In this document: piece after piece, positions 9,985 through 19,496 of the stretch | Position numbering within the stretch: position 1 is the first letter of the stretch | Layout of the letters: each line of letters starts with the position of its first letter | Source of the DNA: Synechococcus sp. | GTDB lineage: Bacteria; Cyanobacteriota; Cyanobacteriia; Thermostichales; PCC-7336 | NCBI GenBank assembly: GCA_051439605.1 | Contig: JBFRWN010000044.1 | Span: forward strand, 1 to 64,000 | DNA: 64,000 nt | Direction of reading: 5' to 3' | Made by a program: the position numbers and the translations under genes | Notes under the pieces: model-generated | The model's input: the letters and a program-made list of their open reading frames with translations, nothing else | Told to the model about the DNA's origin: nothing | Databases searched by the model: none

Positions 9985-10971
9985 TTAATGCAAACGTTCC
10001 AGAACGTATCCCGTCAAATTCATCAGCGAATCTCTATAGTTAGAAGCTGGCAAAATACTCAGTTGGTCAGCAGCCTTACTAGCGTATTCCTCCGCCAGTT
10101 TGCGCGTCTTGAACAAGCCATCGCTGTCATCAATTAACTTAAGAGCTAGTTCTAGGTCCCCAGGCTGAGAAAGTTCTCGAACCACCAGCGATCTCAACTG
10201 AGAATTGTCCTCCATGGCAAATAGCACTGGAGCAGTGATGTTTCCTTGGGCCAGATCGGACCCTGCCGGTTTGCCGAGCGTTTCGGTGGAACTGGTGAAG
10301 TCCAGAAGATCGTCCACAATTTGAAAGGCAATACCCAGGCAACGACCGTACTCGTAGAGGGCTGCACAAATGGTCTCGGAACTTACACTCAAAACACCGG
10401 CTGCACGAGCGCTACCGGCCATCAGGGATGCGGTTTTGTAAAAGCTTTTATCCAAATAGGCTTCGAAGGATAGATCGGGATCGAATTGTGTAAGGTTCTG
10501 GCGAATTTCACCCTCCGCAAAATCCTTGATGACCTTCGACAAGAGTTTGACCACTTCTAGATTGTCGAGGTTCGCCAAGTACCAAGAGGATTGAGCAAAC
10601 AGAAAATCACCCGCCAACACGGCAATCCGGTTGCCGTAGTCTTCATTGACCGTGGAAATCCCGCGCCGCAAGGCGGCGGAGTCAATCACATCATCATGGA
10701 CCAAGCTGGCAGTGTGGATCATCTCGGTGATCTCGGCCAGACGGCGATGGTTAGGGGTCAGACGATAATCGACGGCAGTAGCCCGACTGGCCAGTAAAAC
10801 CATGGCAGGGCGCAGATATTTGCCGCCCGCAGAAAATAGGTGTTCTGCCGCGGCACCTAACACGGGATGCTGAGCCCCCACTAAATTTGTGAGGTTCTGC
10901 CTGAGTTGTTTGATGTCGGCATCAACGGGGTCAAAAAGCGACGCGACTGAAATCATGGAAACTCCGAGCAT
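9985..10971 (-). CDS. sds: Solanesyl (polyprenyl) diphosphate synthase
   Basis: GGKYLRP, HTASLVHDDVID, AVLAGDFL, YKTASL, FQIVDDLLD and GKPAGSDL. Confidence 0.93.
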   Translation of the reverse strand: MLGVSMISVASLFDPVDADIKQLRQNLTNLVGAQHPVLGAAAEHLFSAGGKYLRPAMVLLASRATAVDYRLTPNHRRLAEITEMIHTASLVHDDVIDSAALRRGISTVNEDYGNRIAVLAGDFLFAQSSWYLANLDNLEVVKLLSKVIKDFAEGEIRQNLTQFDPDLSFEAYLDKSFYKTASLMAGSARAAGVLSVSSETICAALYEYGRCLGIAFQIVDDLLDFTSSTETLGKPAGSDLAQGNITAPVLFAMEDNSQLRSLVVRELSQPGDLELALKLIDDSDGLFKTRKLAEEYASKAADQLSILPASNYRDSLMNLTGYVLERLH

Positions 10972-11374
10972 TCGGACAGAACCTTAAGAAACTTTACAGT
11001 CCTTTTCTGTATTCTACGCTATGCATTCAGTAGTCTGCCCCAGGATTCGCAGATCCCCACTAAATTCCATGGCCACTTATGAAGCAAAACCTCAGTGATA
11101 GGCGCTGGACTGGGGATACTACTGAGGCAATCAACCGAAAACGCACTGGCTGTAGTTGATTTTTTCGACACACCACAACAATCCTTCGTTAAAGAAATCA
11201 GACAGGGCCAAACAAACATGCGGCAAGTCCTGCCCAACCCCATGCAGAACCGACTCTCAAAAATAACCCTGTTGTATTCAGCCGCCTTGACTGATATTAA
11301 TTTGGGAGGTTGGTTTGCGTAGCTGCTACCCTTTTGTTGGCGGACTTATACTGGCAAGAGAGTGCTTCAACACT

Positions 11375-11506
11375 ATGAAAAAGCCGTCCGAGCAAACATT
11401 CGTTCAAAACTGGGTTCGTAACAATCCTGGTGTCACTTTGTCGTTTTTCGCGATCGCAATTGTATCGCTTAGTGCTTTTCTCTATTTCTTCTTGACTGCG
11501 CGATGA
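11375..11506 (+). CDS. Small single-TM hypothetical protein (43 aa)
   Basis: MKKPSEQTFVQNWVRNNPG followed by an approximately 21-aa hydrophobic helix; co-oriented upstream of the aldo/keto reductase. Confidence 0.5.
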   Translation: MKKPSEQTFVQNWVRNNPGVTLSFFAIAIVSLSAFLYFFLTAR

Positions 11507-11584
11507 TTACCAGACGCTGAACTAGCCCTTCTAGTTCAACAGACTTCTACTTGTCATCTGACCTAGCTATCGACCGACCTACAT

Positions 11585-12718
11585 ATGCCCCAGCGCTACC
11601 GCCGATTTGGCAGAACCGAACAACAGCTTTCTGCTTTTTCGTTGGGCACTATGCGACTGGTCAATTGCCCCGAGTCGGTTGCTTGCCAAACCGTTGTGGC
11701 GGCCATCGAGTGGGGAATCAATCATATTGAGACAGCACAAGCCTACGGCATCAGCGAGGTACGGCTGGGCAAGATTCTATCCCAGGAGTTTTCTAAGATT
11801 CGCGATCGCCTCACTATCACCACCAAGCTGGTGCCCACCCTCGCCCCCCACCAGTTGAGAGAGGCACTGGAAAGATCTCTAGAACGTCTGCAACTGGATT
11901 ACATCGATAATTTCGCTTTCCACGGCATCAACCTTCCTGAACATCTCGAACAGGTATTGAACGGGGGTTTGCAGGTGATGCAGCAAGCGGTGGCAGAAGG
12001 GCTAGTGAAACACATCGGCTTTTCCACCCACGGTTCCCTCGACCTGATTGAGAAAGCCATCGCCACCAATGCATTTGATTTTGTAAACCTGCACTATTAC
12101 TACTTCAATCAGCGCAACCAAGCGGCGATCGCCCTAGCTGCTCAACGGGATATGGGGGTGTTTATCATTTCCCCTGCCGATAAAGGGGGCATGCTCTATC
12201 AACCTCCACAATCAGTAGTCGATCTCTGTTCCCCATTTTCCCCCTTAGAGTTTGGTTATCGCTATCTGCTAGAGAATCCTGCTGTCCACACCCTCAGCCT
12301 TGGAGCCGCTCAGCCCTCCGATCTAGATGCGGCATTCGCATCCCTTGCACCCCACCCCACTTGGGAGAGCACCCAAACAGCCATCGATACCCGCATCCAA
12401 CAAGCGTTGGCAACCAACCTGGGCAGCGATCGCTGTTCCCATTGTTTTCAATGTCTCCCTTGCCCCGAATCCATCAACATCCCTGAAGTTCTGCGCTTGC
12501 GCAATCTAGATGTAGGGCTGGATATGACCGAATTCGCCCACTACCGCTACAACATGTTTGGAAAAGCGGGACATTGGTTTCCCGGTACCAAGGGCGATCG
12601 CTGTACGGAATGTGGCGACTGCTTACCCCGCTGTCCCGAAGAACTAAACATTCCGCAGTTGGTCTTTGATGCCCACGAACGCCTCAACATCCGCACCATC
12701 CGCCGCCTGTGGGAGTAA
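11585..12718 (+). CDS. Aldo/keto reductase with C-terminal 4Fe-4S dicluster domain
   Basis: YRRFGRT, GINHIETAQAYG, HIGFSTHG; CSHCFQCLPCP and CTECGDCLPRCP. Confidence 0.92.
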   Translation: MPQRYRRFGRTEQQLSAFSLGTMRLVNCPESVACQTVVAAIEWGINHIETAQAYGISEVRLGKILSQEFSKIRDRLTITTKLVPTLAPHQLREALERSLERLQLDYIDNFAFHGINLPEHLEQVLNGGLQVMQQAVAEGLVKHIGFSTHGSLDLIEKAIATNAFDFVNLHYYYFNQRNQAAIALAAQRDMGVFIISPADKGGMLYQPPQSVVDLCSPFSPLEFGYRYLLENPAVHTLSLGAAQPSDLDAAFASLAPHPTWESTQTAIDTRIQQALATNLGSDRCSHCFQCLPCPESINIPEVLRLRNLDVGLDMTEFAHYRYNMFGKAGHWFPGTKGDRCTECGDCLPRCPEELNIPQLVFDAHERLNIRTIRRLWE

Positions 12719-12806
12719 CGATCGCTCCTCTTCTCAAGCCACCGTTTCTCTGCATCAGGGGTACAGTCAATAGCAGTATTTCAGACAACTATAGAGAAGC
12801 AGGAAT

Positions 12807-13712
12807 GTGATCCCTCTTCCTACCCTAGGCTCCCAATCCATCATCGGCACCCGTATTGACGCCACCAGCTACGAGGATGCCTGCGATCGCATTTTGGCTT
12901 GGGCAGGTGAAGATAGTTCTGAATCCAGCGCAACAGACAATCTAGATGCTGTGCAGGCTGGGAGTAAAGAAGCGGGAGTTCGGGCCGAATCAAAGCAGCA
13001 AGAGGCGGAGCCCCATCGGTCCACCAAGCCCGCATATGGATATGTCGTCGCCGCCAACGTTCACGTTGTCACGACAGCCCTGTGGGACAACGATTACCGA
13101 CAAGTCTTACAACAGGCAAAGCTCGTCACACCCGACGGCATGCCACTGGTGTGGGGCTTGAGGCTCTTAGGGTTCCCTCAACAGCAGCGTGTGTACGGCC
13201 CTGATCTGATGCTAGCCCTATGCGATCGCCTCTCCAGAAGCAATCTATCTATGTACCTTTACGGCGGTACCCCCGAAACCCTCGACCTGCTGCAGGTCAA
13301 TCTGCTCCAGAGATTTCCCGGTCTGGCGATCGCGGGTAGCTATTCTCCCCCCTTCCGTCCCCCAACGTCAGCAGAAGAACAGGCGGACATCGATCGCATT
13401 CATCAGTCGGGGGCAAAGCTGGTGTTTGTGGCCCTGGGTTGTCCCAAGCAAGAACAATGGATGGCACGGCAGCAGGGCAAATTGCAGGCGGTGGCCATCG
13501 GGGTAGGGGCAGCCTTTGCCTTCCATGCCGGGACTGTGCGTCAGGCACCCCGCTGGATGATGCGCCATGGATTGGAATGGCTGTATCGACTGTGGGTGGA
13601 ACCCCGCCGACTATGGAAGCGCTATGCCATCAGTAATCCCACTTTTGCTCTCTTGTTTGCGGCCCAGTACCTGCGTTATAAGTTAGCTGGCCGTGGAGGA
13701 AGAAGCCTGTAA
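12807..13712 (+). CDS. WecB/TagA/CpsF (GT26) glycosyltransferase
   Basis: ANVH, TPDGMPLVW, RVYGPDL, FVALGCPKQE.W, GVGAAF, APRWM...GLEWLYRL..EPRRLWKRY. Confidence 0.93.
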   Translation: MIPLPTLGSQSIIGTRIDATSYEDACDRILAWAGEDSSESSATDNLDAVQAGSKEAGVRAESKQQEAEPHRSTKPAYGYVVAANVHVVTTALWDNDYRQVLQQAKLVTPDGMPLVWGLRLLGFPQQQRVYGPDLMLALCDRLSRSNLSMYLYGGTPETLDLLQVNLLQRFPGLAIAGSYSPPFRPPTSAEEQADIDRIHQSGAKLVFVALGCPKQEQWMARQQGKLQAVAIGVGAAFAFHAGTVRQAPRWMMRHGLEWLYRLWVEPRRLWKRYAISNPTFALLFAAQYLRYKLAGRGGRSL

Positions 13713-13867
13713 ATAAATTCTAGGGCAACAGGAATCGGCCGAGAATCCCCTGAGTAGAAAGATACATACAGGACAACAGTTTGCCAAAATTTCGAGACGT
13801 ATCGAATAATTTGTCGTCCTTCCGCGATCGCAGGGAAAGCTAGCCACAACGGTATAGCAGGACTTGC

Positions 13868-15451
13868 ATGTCTGGATATCCTTACTCTTCACCTAAATCT
13901 GTGCAGGCAGATTTGCGGGTTCCCTCCCTCACACGACTGAATTTGCAGGGGTTCGCCGCACTGTTTTTATTCGTGGCTGATGCGATGGGTTTGGCGATCG
14001 CTTGGAAGCTGGCCGAACTGCTATCTCTACAACAAATGGCTGGCTTTGTGGAGGTATGGTCCTTTGGGGGGGTAACAGACAGTTCATCCGCGGTGGGACA
14101 AAGCATCGGACTGTATTGGATTGCACTGCTGATGCAAGTGACCTTGAGCATGGCGGCGGGATTGTACCGCTATGGAGATGAATGGCGGGATGTGGGTAAG
14201 CAACTGCGCATTGTTACTCTTGTTTATCTCACCGTTCTGCTGGTGGCCTTTATGTACCGCACCGCAGATGGGTTGCCGCGATCGTTGTTCGCGATCGCCT
14301 GGATTTGCAGCATGGTGTTGATGGTGGTCAACCGCTGGATTGCCTGCAGTTCACTCACCCGCCTGTGGAAAAGCGGCGTAGCCTCAGTGCCGGTGTTATT
14401 GTTGGCCCACCCCCACGAAGTTAAATCGATCCACCAGGGGTGGCAACAGCGATCGGGATATCGAGTGGCTAAAGTTCTGACAATCCCTCACCGCAACCGC
14501 CGGGGCGATCGTTTTTTAACTGGGGATCGCTCTTTGGCTGGAGAAAGCTCTATATCCGGAGCTCAACAGGTTAACCATCTATCTAATGCCCAACCCAGCG
14601 GAATTCTGGCGGTGATTTCCCCTACGCAGCTATGCAAGTTGATAGAGCAATTAGGGGCCAAAGAAATTCATGTCAGCGAATCGTTCTACAATCGCATGCC
14701 CCCAGCCGAGCTATGGCTCTTACGAGGGATGGGTCGAGTGGTGCGCATTGTGCCCAATAGCCTGCGTCCCAAACACCCCAGCGCCCGCAGTCGAAATATT
14801 GGCAGCGTTCCTACCATCGAATTTGCACCGCCCATGCTGTCGGGGGTGGATTTTGTGCTGAAGCGGGCTTTCGATGCTGTTACGGCCACTTTACTGCTGT
14901 CGGTATTCGTGCCCCTATTTCTGGCGATCGCGGTCTGCATCCGTATTGATTCCCCCGGCCCGGTGCTCTTCAAACAAAAGAGAATGGGGTTGGGGGAACG
15001 TCCGTTCGAAATCTATAAATTCCGCACTATGGTGACGAACGCCGAACAGATTCAGCACCGCTTGGAGGAACAGAACGATAGCCCCGACGGGATCTTATTC
15101 AAGATGGAGTCCGATCCCCGCATTACCCGTGTGGGGCGTTGGCTGCGGCGCACTAGTCTGGATGAATTGCCGCAAATCATTAACGTGTTGCGGGGGGATA
15201 TGAGTCTAGTGGGGCCACGTCCGCTTCCCATGCGGGATATCTCTCGTTTTCAGCCCTGGCATCACGCCCGCCATCAGGTATTACCGGGGATCACGGGCCT
15301 TTGGCAGGTGCGGGGACGCTCCCACGTGTTGGACTTTAACGATGCCATTGCTCTCGATCTGGAGTACATCCAGCAATGGTCGCTGTGGCTGGATATTCGG
15401 CTGATGTGGGAAACCCTGTGGGTGGTGCTAACGATGCAAGGAGCCTACTAA
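13868..15451 (+). CDS. Polyprenyl-phosphate sugar-1-phosphate (priming) transferase, WcaJ/CpsE family
   Basis: N-terminal TMs; [63 protein letters not shown]. Confidence 0.95.
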   Translation: MSGYPYSSPKSVQADLRVPSLTRLNLQGFAALFLFVADAMGLAIAWKLAELLSLQQMAGFVEVWSFGGVTDSSSAVGQSIGLYWIALLMQVTLSMAAGLYRYGDEWRDVGKQLRIVTLVYLTVLLVAFMYRTADGLPRSLFAIAWICSMVLMVVNRWIACSSLTRLWKSGVASVPVLLLAHPHEVKSIHQGWQQRSGYRVAKVLTIPHRNRRGDRFLTGDRSLAGESSISGAQQVNHLSNAQPSGILAVISPTQLCKLIEQLGAKEIHVSESFYNRMPPAELWLLRGMGRVVRIVPNSLRPKHPSARSRNIGSVPTIEFAPPMLSGVDFVLKRAFDAVTATLLLSVFVPLFLAIAVCIRIDSPGPVLFKQKRMGLGERPFEIYKFRTMVTNAEQIQHRLEEQNDSPDGILFKMESDPRITRVGRWLRRTSLDELPQIINVLRGDMSLVGPRPLPMRDISRFQPWHHARHQVLPGITGLWQVRGRSHVLDFNDAIALDLEYIQQWSLWLDIRLMWETLWVVLTMQGAY

Positions 15452-18006
15452 TGGGGCGGTTTTCTAGGGGGATACCTGCTCCACAAGATCGAACGAATCT
15501 GGGACACACTGATCCGAACCAGCAGTTGGGTAGGGCGGGGAGCTTACTTGGGGGGATTGCGTTAGCCACTAACCTGCTGTTTGTCCTCTTGCCGAATAGC
15601 GGATTGATGCTGATGTCCTGGCCGTATCCAGCGATCCTGTTGGTGGGATGGATAGCGGCTGCATTATGGGGGCTGGTGCAGTGGTGGCAGGGGCGACCGG
15701 CCCGCGGTTTGGGGATGGGTCTGGATTGGGCCATCGGCATTACAGCAGCTGTCCTGGTGCTCTCTAGCGCAGTTTCTGTCTGGCCACACCAGGGTAGCTG
15801 GTTCACGATGCAGTTTGTACTGTATGCAATTGCCCTGTACGGACTAGCCCAATGGTTGGTGTTTCCCGAACGTCGTCTGTGGCTATGGCGAGTAACTGCC
15901 TGGATCGGCTTTATCTTTTCGACCGAGAGTTTGCTGTTGTGGTGGATTAACACGCTCTCTCCTAAGTTGAGTGAGATTCACCAGTTGCGCCAGTTAGGGC
16001 TCTCTGCCCGCCTGGACTTTGCTCAAGTTGAATTGCAAAACATCTGGCCAATTTTTCACCAGAATTACGTCGCAGGGTTTCTGCTGCTCGTCATCCCGGC
16101 AGCTGCAGGATTAGTTTGGCTAAATCGGCATTCTTCGATGCGTTGGGTGTGGCTCTTTGCAGTGGCCATCGAGCTGGCCACCCTATGGAGCACCCAATCA
16201 CGCGGGGCATGGTTGGGGCTCCTCGTCATGGTGCTGATGGGAATCGGACTGTGGATATTGCGAGGCCTCAAGAGCCGGCGGCTACAGGCGATTGTCACAG
16301 CAGCCACCTTAGGTGGATCGGTAGCCTTCGTGGTGAGTAATCCCCGCCTCAACGCTACGTTGCAAGCATTGCAACAGGGTTCGTTCGACCAATTTGCCTT
16401 TCGAGGGGCAGCCGCACAGGCCACCTGGACACTGTTTATCCGCAACCCCCTGTGGGGCACGGGACCGGGGACCGCAGCTTGGGCATATCTGGAGGCAAAA
16501 CCCGATTGGACGGGGGAGTTTGCCCAAACAATGGCCCATTTGCACAGCACACCGTTACAGCTGGTAGCAGAACTTGGGGGCCTGGGGTTGCTAGTGATGG
16601 GAGTTTGGGTAGCAGTCTTTACTCGTATCGGTTGGCGGTTCCTCAGTCAGGGATCGCATCTGGAGCAAGATAGCGATCGCATTTGGGCTATTGCGCTTGG
16701 CTTAGGGCTGGTGGGATATACGATCGAGGCCCTGAGCGACTACCAGCTGGACGTAGTGGCGATCTCCGGATATCTGGTCATCGCGATCGCAGGATTAGCC
16801 AGTATGACCTGGCAGTTACAGACAGAGAACTCCACTCGACAAGAACATTCATCTCCAGGGATGTCTCGCCAGCAGCAAATCCTATTGGGAGGGGTGGGCA
16901 TCGTTGCCATTGTTATTTCTCTGGTTATCTTTGCCCCCCGCTACATCGCATGGGGTATCTCCAGCCAGGGGTTAGAGGCCTACTTTGACAATAACTTTCC
17001 CCTGGCGGAGCAGAAACTGCAACAGGCTCAGCTCCGCTTTCACAGCGAACCGTTTTATCCGATTCAACTGGGATGGATTAACGCCAAGCTCGCCCGCGAG
17101 CATCCCGATGCTAATGTCCGACAGGAAAAATATGCCGAGGCGATCGCCTGGTTCGAACGCAGCCTAGAGGTTCTCCCCGCTGACGAATTCGTCCATACCA
17201 ACTTGGGCTTCCTGCTGGTTGAACGCAACCCTGCTGCTGCGATAGAGCATTTTCAGCGCAGCCTAAAACTCAGCCCCGCCCGGTCGGCCATTGCCTCAGG
17301 CCTTGCACTCGCTCACCTACAGCAGGGCAATCCAGACGCAGCGATCGGGGCCGTGGTACGAGAAATTATTCGCCACCCTCATATGATTTCAAGTCCCCTT
17401 TGGGAGCAGGTATTATCGCCAGAGCAGTATGTATGGCTGGTACAGTCCCTGAACAGCATCTACGAAAGGCTACTGGAACGCTACCCCGAAGCCAATTATC
17501 TGAGGCATAACTGGGCGGCTATTCGTTGGTGGCTGGGGGACGATGCTGGGGCATTGGTGCTCTTGCAACCAGGGGAACAGCCATTATTGCAGGCATTGAT
17601 TGCGGCTTCAGTAGGCGATCGCGACGGTGCTTCGAACCTTCTGGCAGCGAGACCGAGGACTCCATCATCCGCCCTTCTGCAAGCTTGGCTTCAGCCAACC
17701 GCTGCAGAACCTTTGTTGGCCCAAGCTGCCACCCAATCCCCATTGGTGAAAAGTTTGGCCGCCCCAACCCCCGACCAGACGTTGCGGACATGGTTGCAGC
17801 AACCGGCTGCGGTGCTTCCCAGAAAAGCCAGTCGTAACTACCTCACCCAAGGGGTCTACCGCCGCATTGATGGCCCTAACCTGACGGATACGTTTGCACT
17901 CCCCACCAATTGGGTAATTGCTGAAGTATTCAACCAGCCCTTCGACACCCCTCAAATCGCCCCTGAATTAGATCGCCAGTTAGCAGCATTAACGTCCGTC
18001 CGATAG
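15451..18006 (+). CDS. O-antigen ligase (Wzy_C) family membrane protein with C-terminal TPR-like region
   Basis: About 12 TMs, HQNYVAG, TQSRGAWLG, PLWGTGPG, HLHSTPLQLVAELG; TPR-like helices follow. ATG 15451 overlaps the upstream TAA. Confidence 0.85.
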   Translation: MGRFSRGIPAPQDRTNLGHTDPNQQLGRAGSLLGGIALATNLLFVLLPNSGLMLMSWPYPAILLVGWIAAALWGLVQWWQGRPARGLGMGLDWAIGITAAVLVLSSAVSVWPHQGSWFTMQFVLYAIALYGLAQWLVFPERRLWLWRVTAWIGFIFSTESLLLWWINTLSPKLSEIHQLRQLGLSARLDFAQVELQNIWPIFHQNYVAGFLLLVIPAAAGLVWLNRHSSMRWVWLFAVAIELATLWSTQSRGAWLGLLVMVLMGIGLWILRGLKSRRLQAIVTAATLGGSVAFVVSNPRLNATLQALQQGSFDQFAFRGAAAQATWTLFIRNPLWGTGPGTAAWAYLEAKPDWTGEFAQTMAHLHSTPLQLVAELGGLGLLVMGVWVAVFTRIGWRFLSQGSHLEQDSDRIWAIALGLGLVGYTIEALSDYQLDVVAISGYLVIAIAGLASMTWQLQTENSTRQEHSSPGMSRQQQILLGGVGIVAIVISLVIFAPRYIAWGISSQGLEAYFDNNFPLAEQKLQQAQLRFHSEPFYPIQLGWINAKLAREHPDANVRQEKYAEAIAWFERSLEVLPADEFVHTNLGFLLVERNPAAAIEHFQRSLKLSPARSAIASGLALAHLQQGNPDAAIGAVVREIIRHPHMISSPLWEQVLSPEQYVWLVQSLNSIYERLLERYPEANYLRHNWAAIRWWLGDDAGALVLLQPGEQPLLQALIAASVGDRDGASNLLAARPRTPSSALLQAWLQPTAAEPLLAQAATQSPLVKSLAAPTPDQTLRTWLQQPAAVLPRKASRNYLTQGVYRRIDGPNLTDTFALPTNWVIAEVFNQPFDTPQIAPELDRQLAALTSVR

Positions 18007-18035
18007 TATTTGCCCCTAATGCAAAACAAGTGACT

Positions 18036-19409
18036 TCAAGGATCGACTTCCATTAAATAATCGGCCACCGCTTCGTAAGCGGGCAAAGATGTTGGATCGA
18101 TGGCGGCATTTCCAGCAACGGGGTGAGAGGCAAAGCGGGCAATCACCATATCGGCCGTGGGGTCGATATAGAGGGCTTGGCCATGTACCCCTCTGGCCAT
18201 AAAGGCTCCGTGGTTGTTGTGGGTAATCCACCACATGCTGCGATAGCTCCAGCCCTCCAGTTGGGAGTACCCGGCATCAGCAAAGGCGCGGCGATCGCCC
18301 CCTGCCCGAATATTCTCTACCACTGATGCTGGAACGACCTGCTCGTCACCGACCTTCCCATCATCTAGAATCATTTGCCCAAAGCGTGCCATGTCACGCA
18401 GTCCGGCACTCAGGCCACCACCAGAAAACGGTGTTCCAATAGAATCCACCGATATGTAGGCATCAAGATCGGCTCCGATTTTGCTCCAAACGGTCTCCGA
18501 AAGCACTTCAGTTACAGGTTTATCACTGACGCGACTTATCAACCAACCGAGGACGTCGGTGTTGATGGTCTTGTAGGCAAAGCTGCGACCGTGAACGCCT
18601 TGTTTTTGCACCGTTTGCAGAAATTCGAAGTAGGTGCGAGGACCGGCGTAGTCTGCGGGTTTCGGAAGCGGATTACCTGCTGCAGCATGTTGCCACACTT
18701 CCGCATTGGGATCGGAGTAGTCCTCGCTGTATTGCAATCCTGTGGTCATGTCGAGGACCTGACGCACCGTGGCACCGCCAAACGCACTCTCCGTTAGTTC
18801 TGGAATGTACTCTCGAATGAGCTTGCTTTCATCGAGCTGACCTGATTCGACTAACATTTCACTAAGTAAACCTACAAACGACTTGGTCATGGACATGGCT
18901 CCATGGCGCTTCGTAGGATCCAAGCAGCCAGAATAGGTTTCGTAGACAACCTTGCCGTGATGCATCACCAACATGCCATCGGTGAAATTGGCTGATAGAG
19001 ATTGCTTCCAGGTCATGGGCTCTGTCGCACCCAGGGGAACGAACGTTACCTCATCAATACCGCCCACCTCGGTGCTTTCCAGGGGCATCAAGGGCGACAA
19101 TCCGCGGCTGACCATTTTGGTCGGCATTAATTGCTGAAAATTACATACCGTCCAACGCAACTGGGGAAATTGAGCAAAGCTGTTGTCATCAAAGCGGATA
19201 ATTTTATCTGCAGGGGGAGGTGAGCCTTCCATCCACTGCCAAGCTTTGGGATCCGAGCTCTCAGCCGTCCAAACGATGTTGCTAGCACCAGATGTCTGCT
19301 CTTCAGCGATCGCCACAGTCAAGAGTGCCAACGCCATAATTAACGAGCAGACACAGAGAATAAGCGCGAGCGGACGTCTTTTCAAAATCATATTCATACC
19401 CCAAGACAT
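18036..19409 (-). CDS. Serine hydrolase, beta-lactamase class C / NylB (6-aminohexanoate-dimer hydrolase)-like, exported
   Basis: Signal-like N-terminus, SMTKS (SxxK), LDMTTG, FAYKTINTDVLGW, ARGVHGQ..YIDP. Confidence 0.88.
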   Translation of the reverse strand: MSWGMNMILKRRPLALILCVCSLIMALALLTVAIAEEQTSGASNIVWTAESSDPKAWQWMEGSPPPADKIIRFDDNSFAQFPQLRWTVCNFQQLMPTKMVSRGLSPLMPLESTEVGGIDEVTFVPLGATEPMTWKQSLSANFTDGMLVMHHGKVVYETYSGCLDPTKRHGAMSMTKSFVGLLSEMLVESGQLDESKLIREYIPELTESAFGGATVRQVLDMTTGLQYSEDYSDPNAEVWQHAAAGNPLPKPADYAGPRTYFEFLQTVQKQGVHGRSFAYKTINTDVLGWLISRVSDKPVTEVLSETVWSKIGADLDAYISVDSIGTPFSGGGLSAGLRDMARFGQMILDDGKVGDEQVVPASVVENIRAGGDRRAFADAGYSQLEGWSYRSMWWITHNNHGAFMARGVHGQALYIDPTADMVIARFASHPVAGNAAIDPTSLPAYEAVADYLMEVDP

Positions 19410-19496
19410 TATTGTTTACCGATGCATAATCAAGCCGCTATTGTTATCGGCAAAGCGCAAAACATTGCTCAGGCGCTTGGCTTCTGTGTAATGCAA

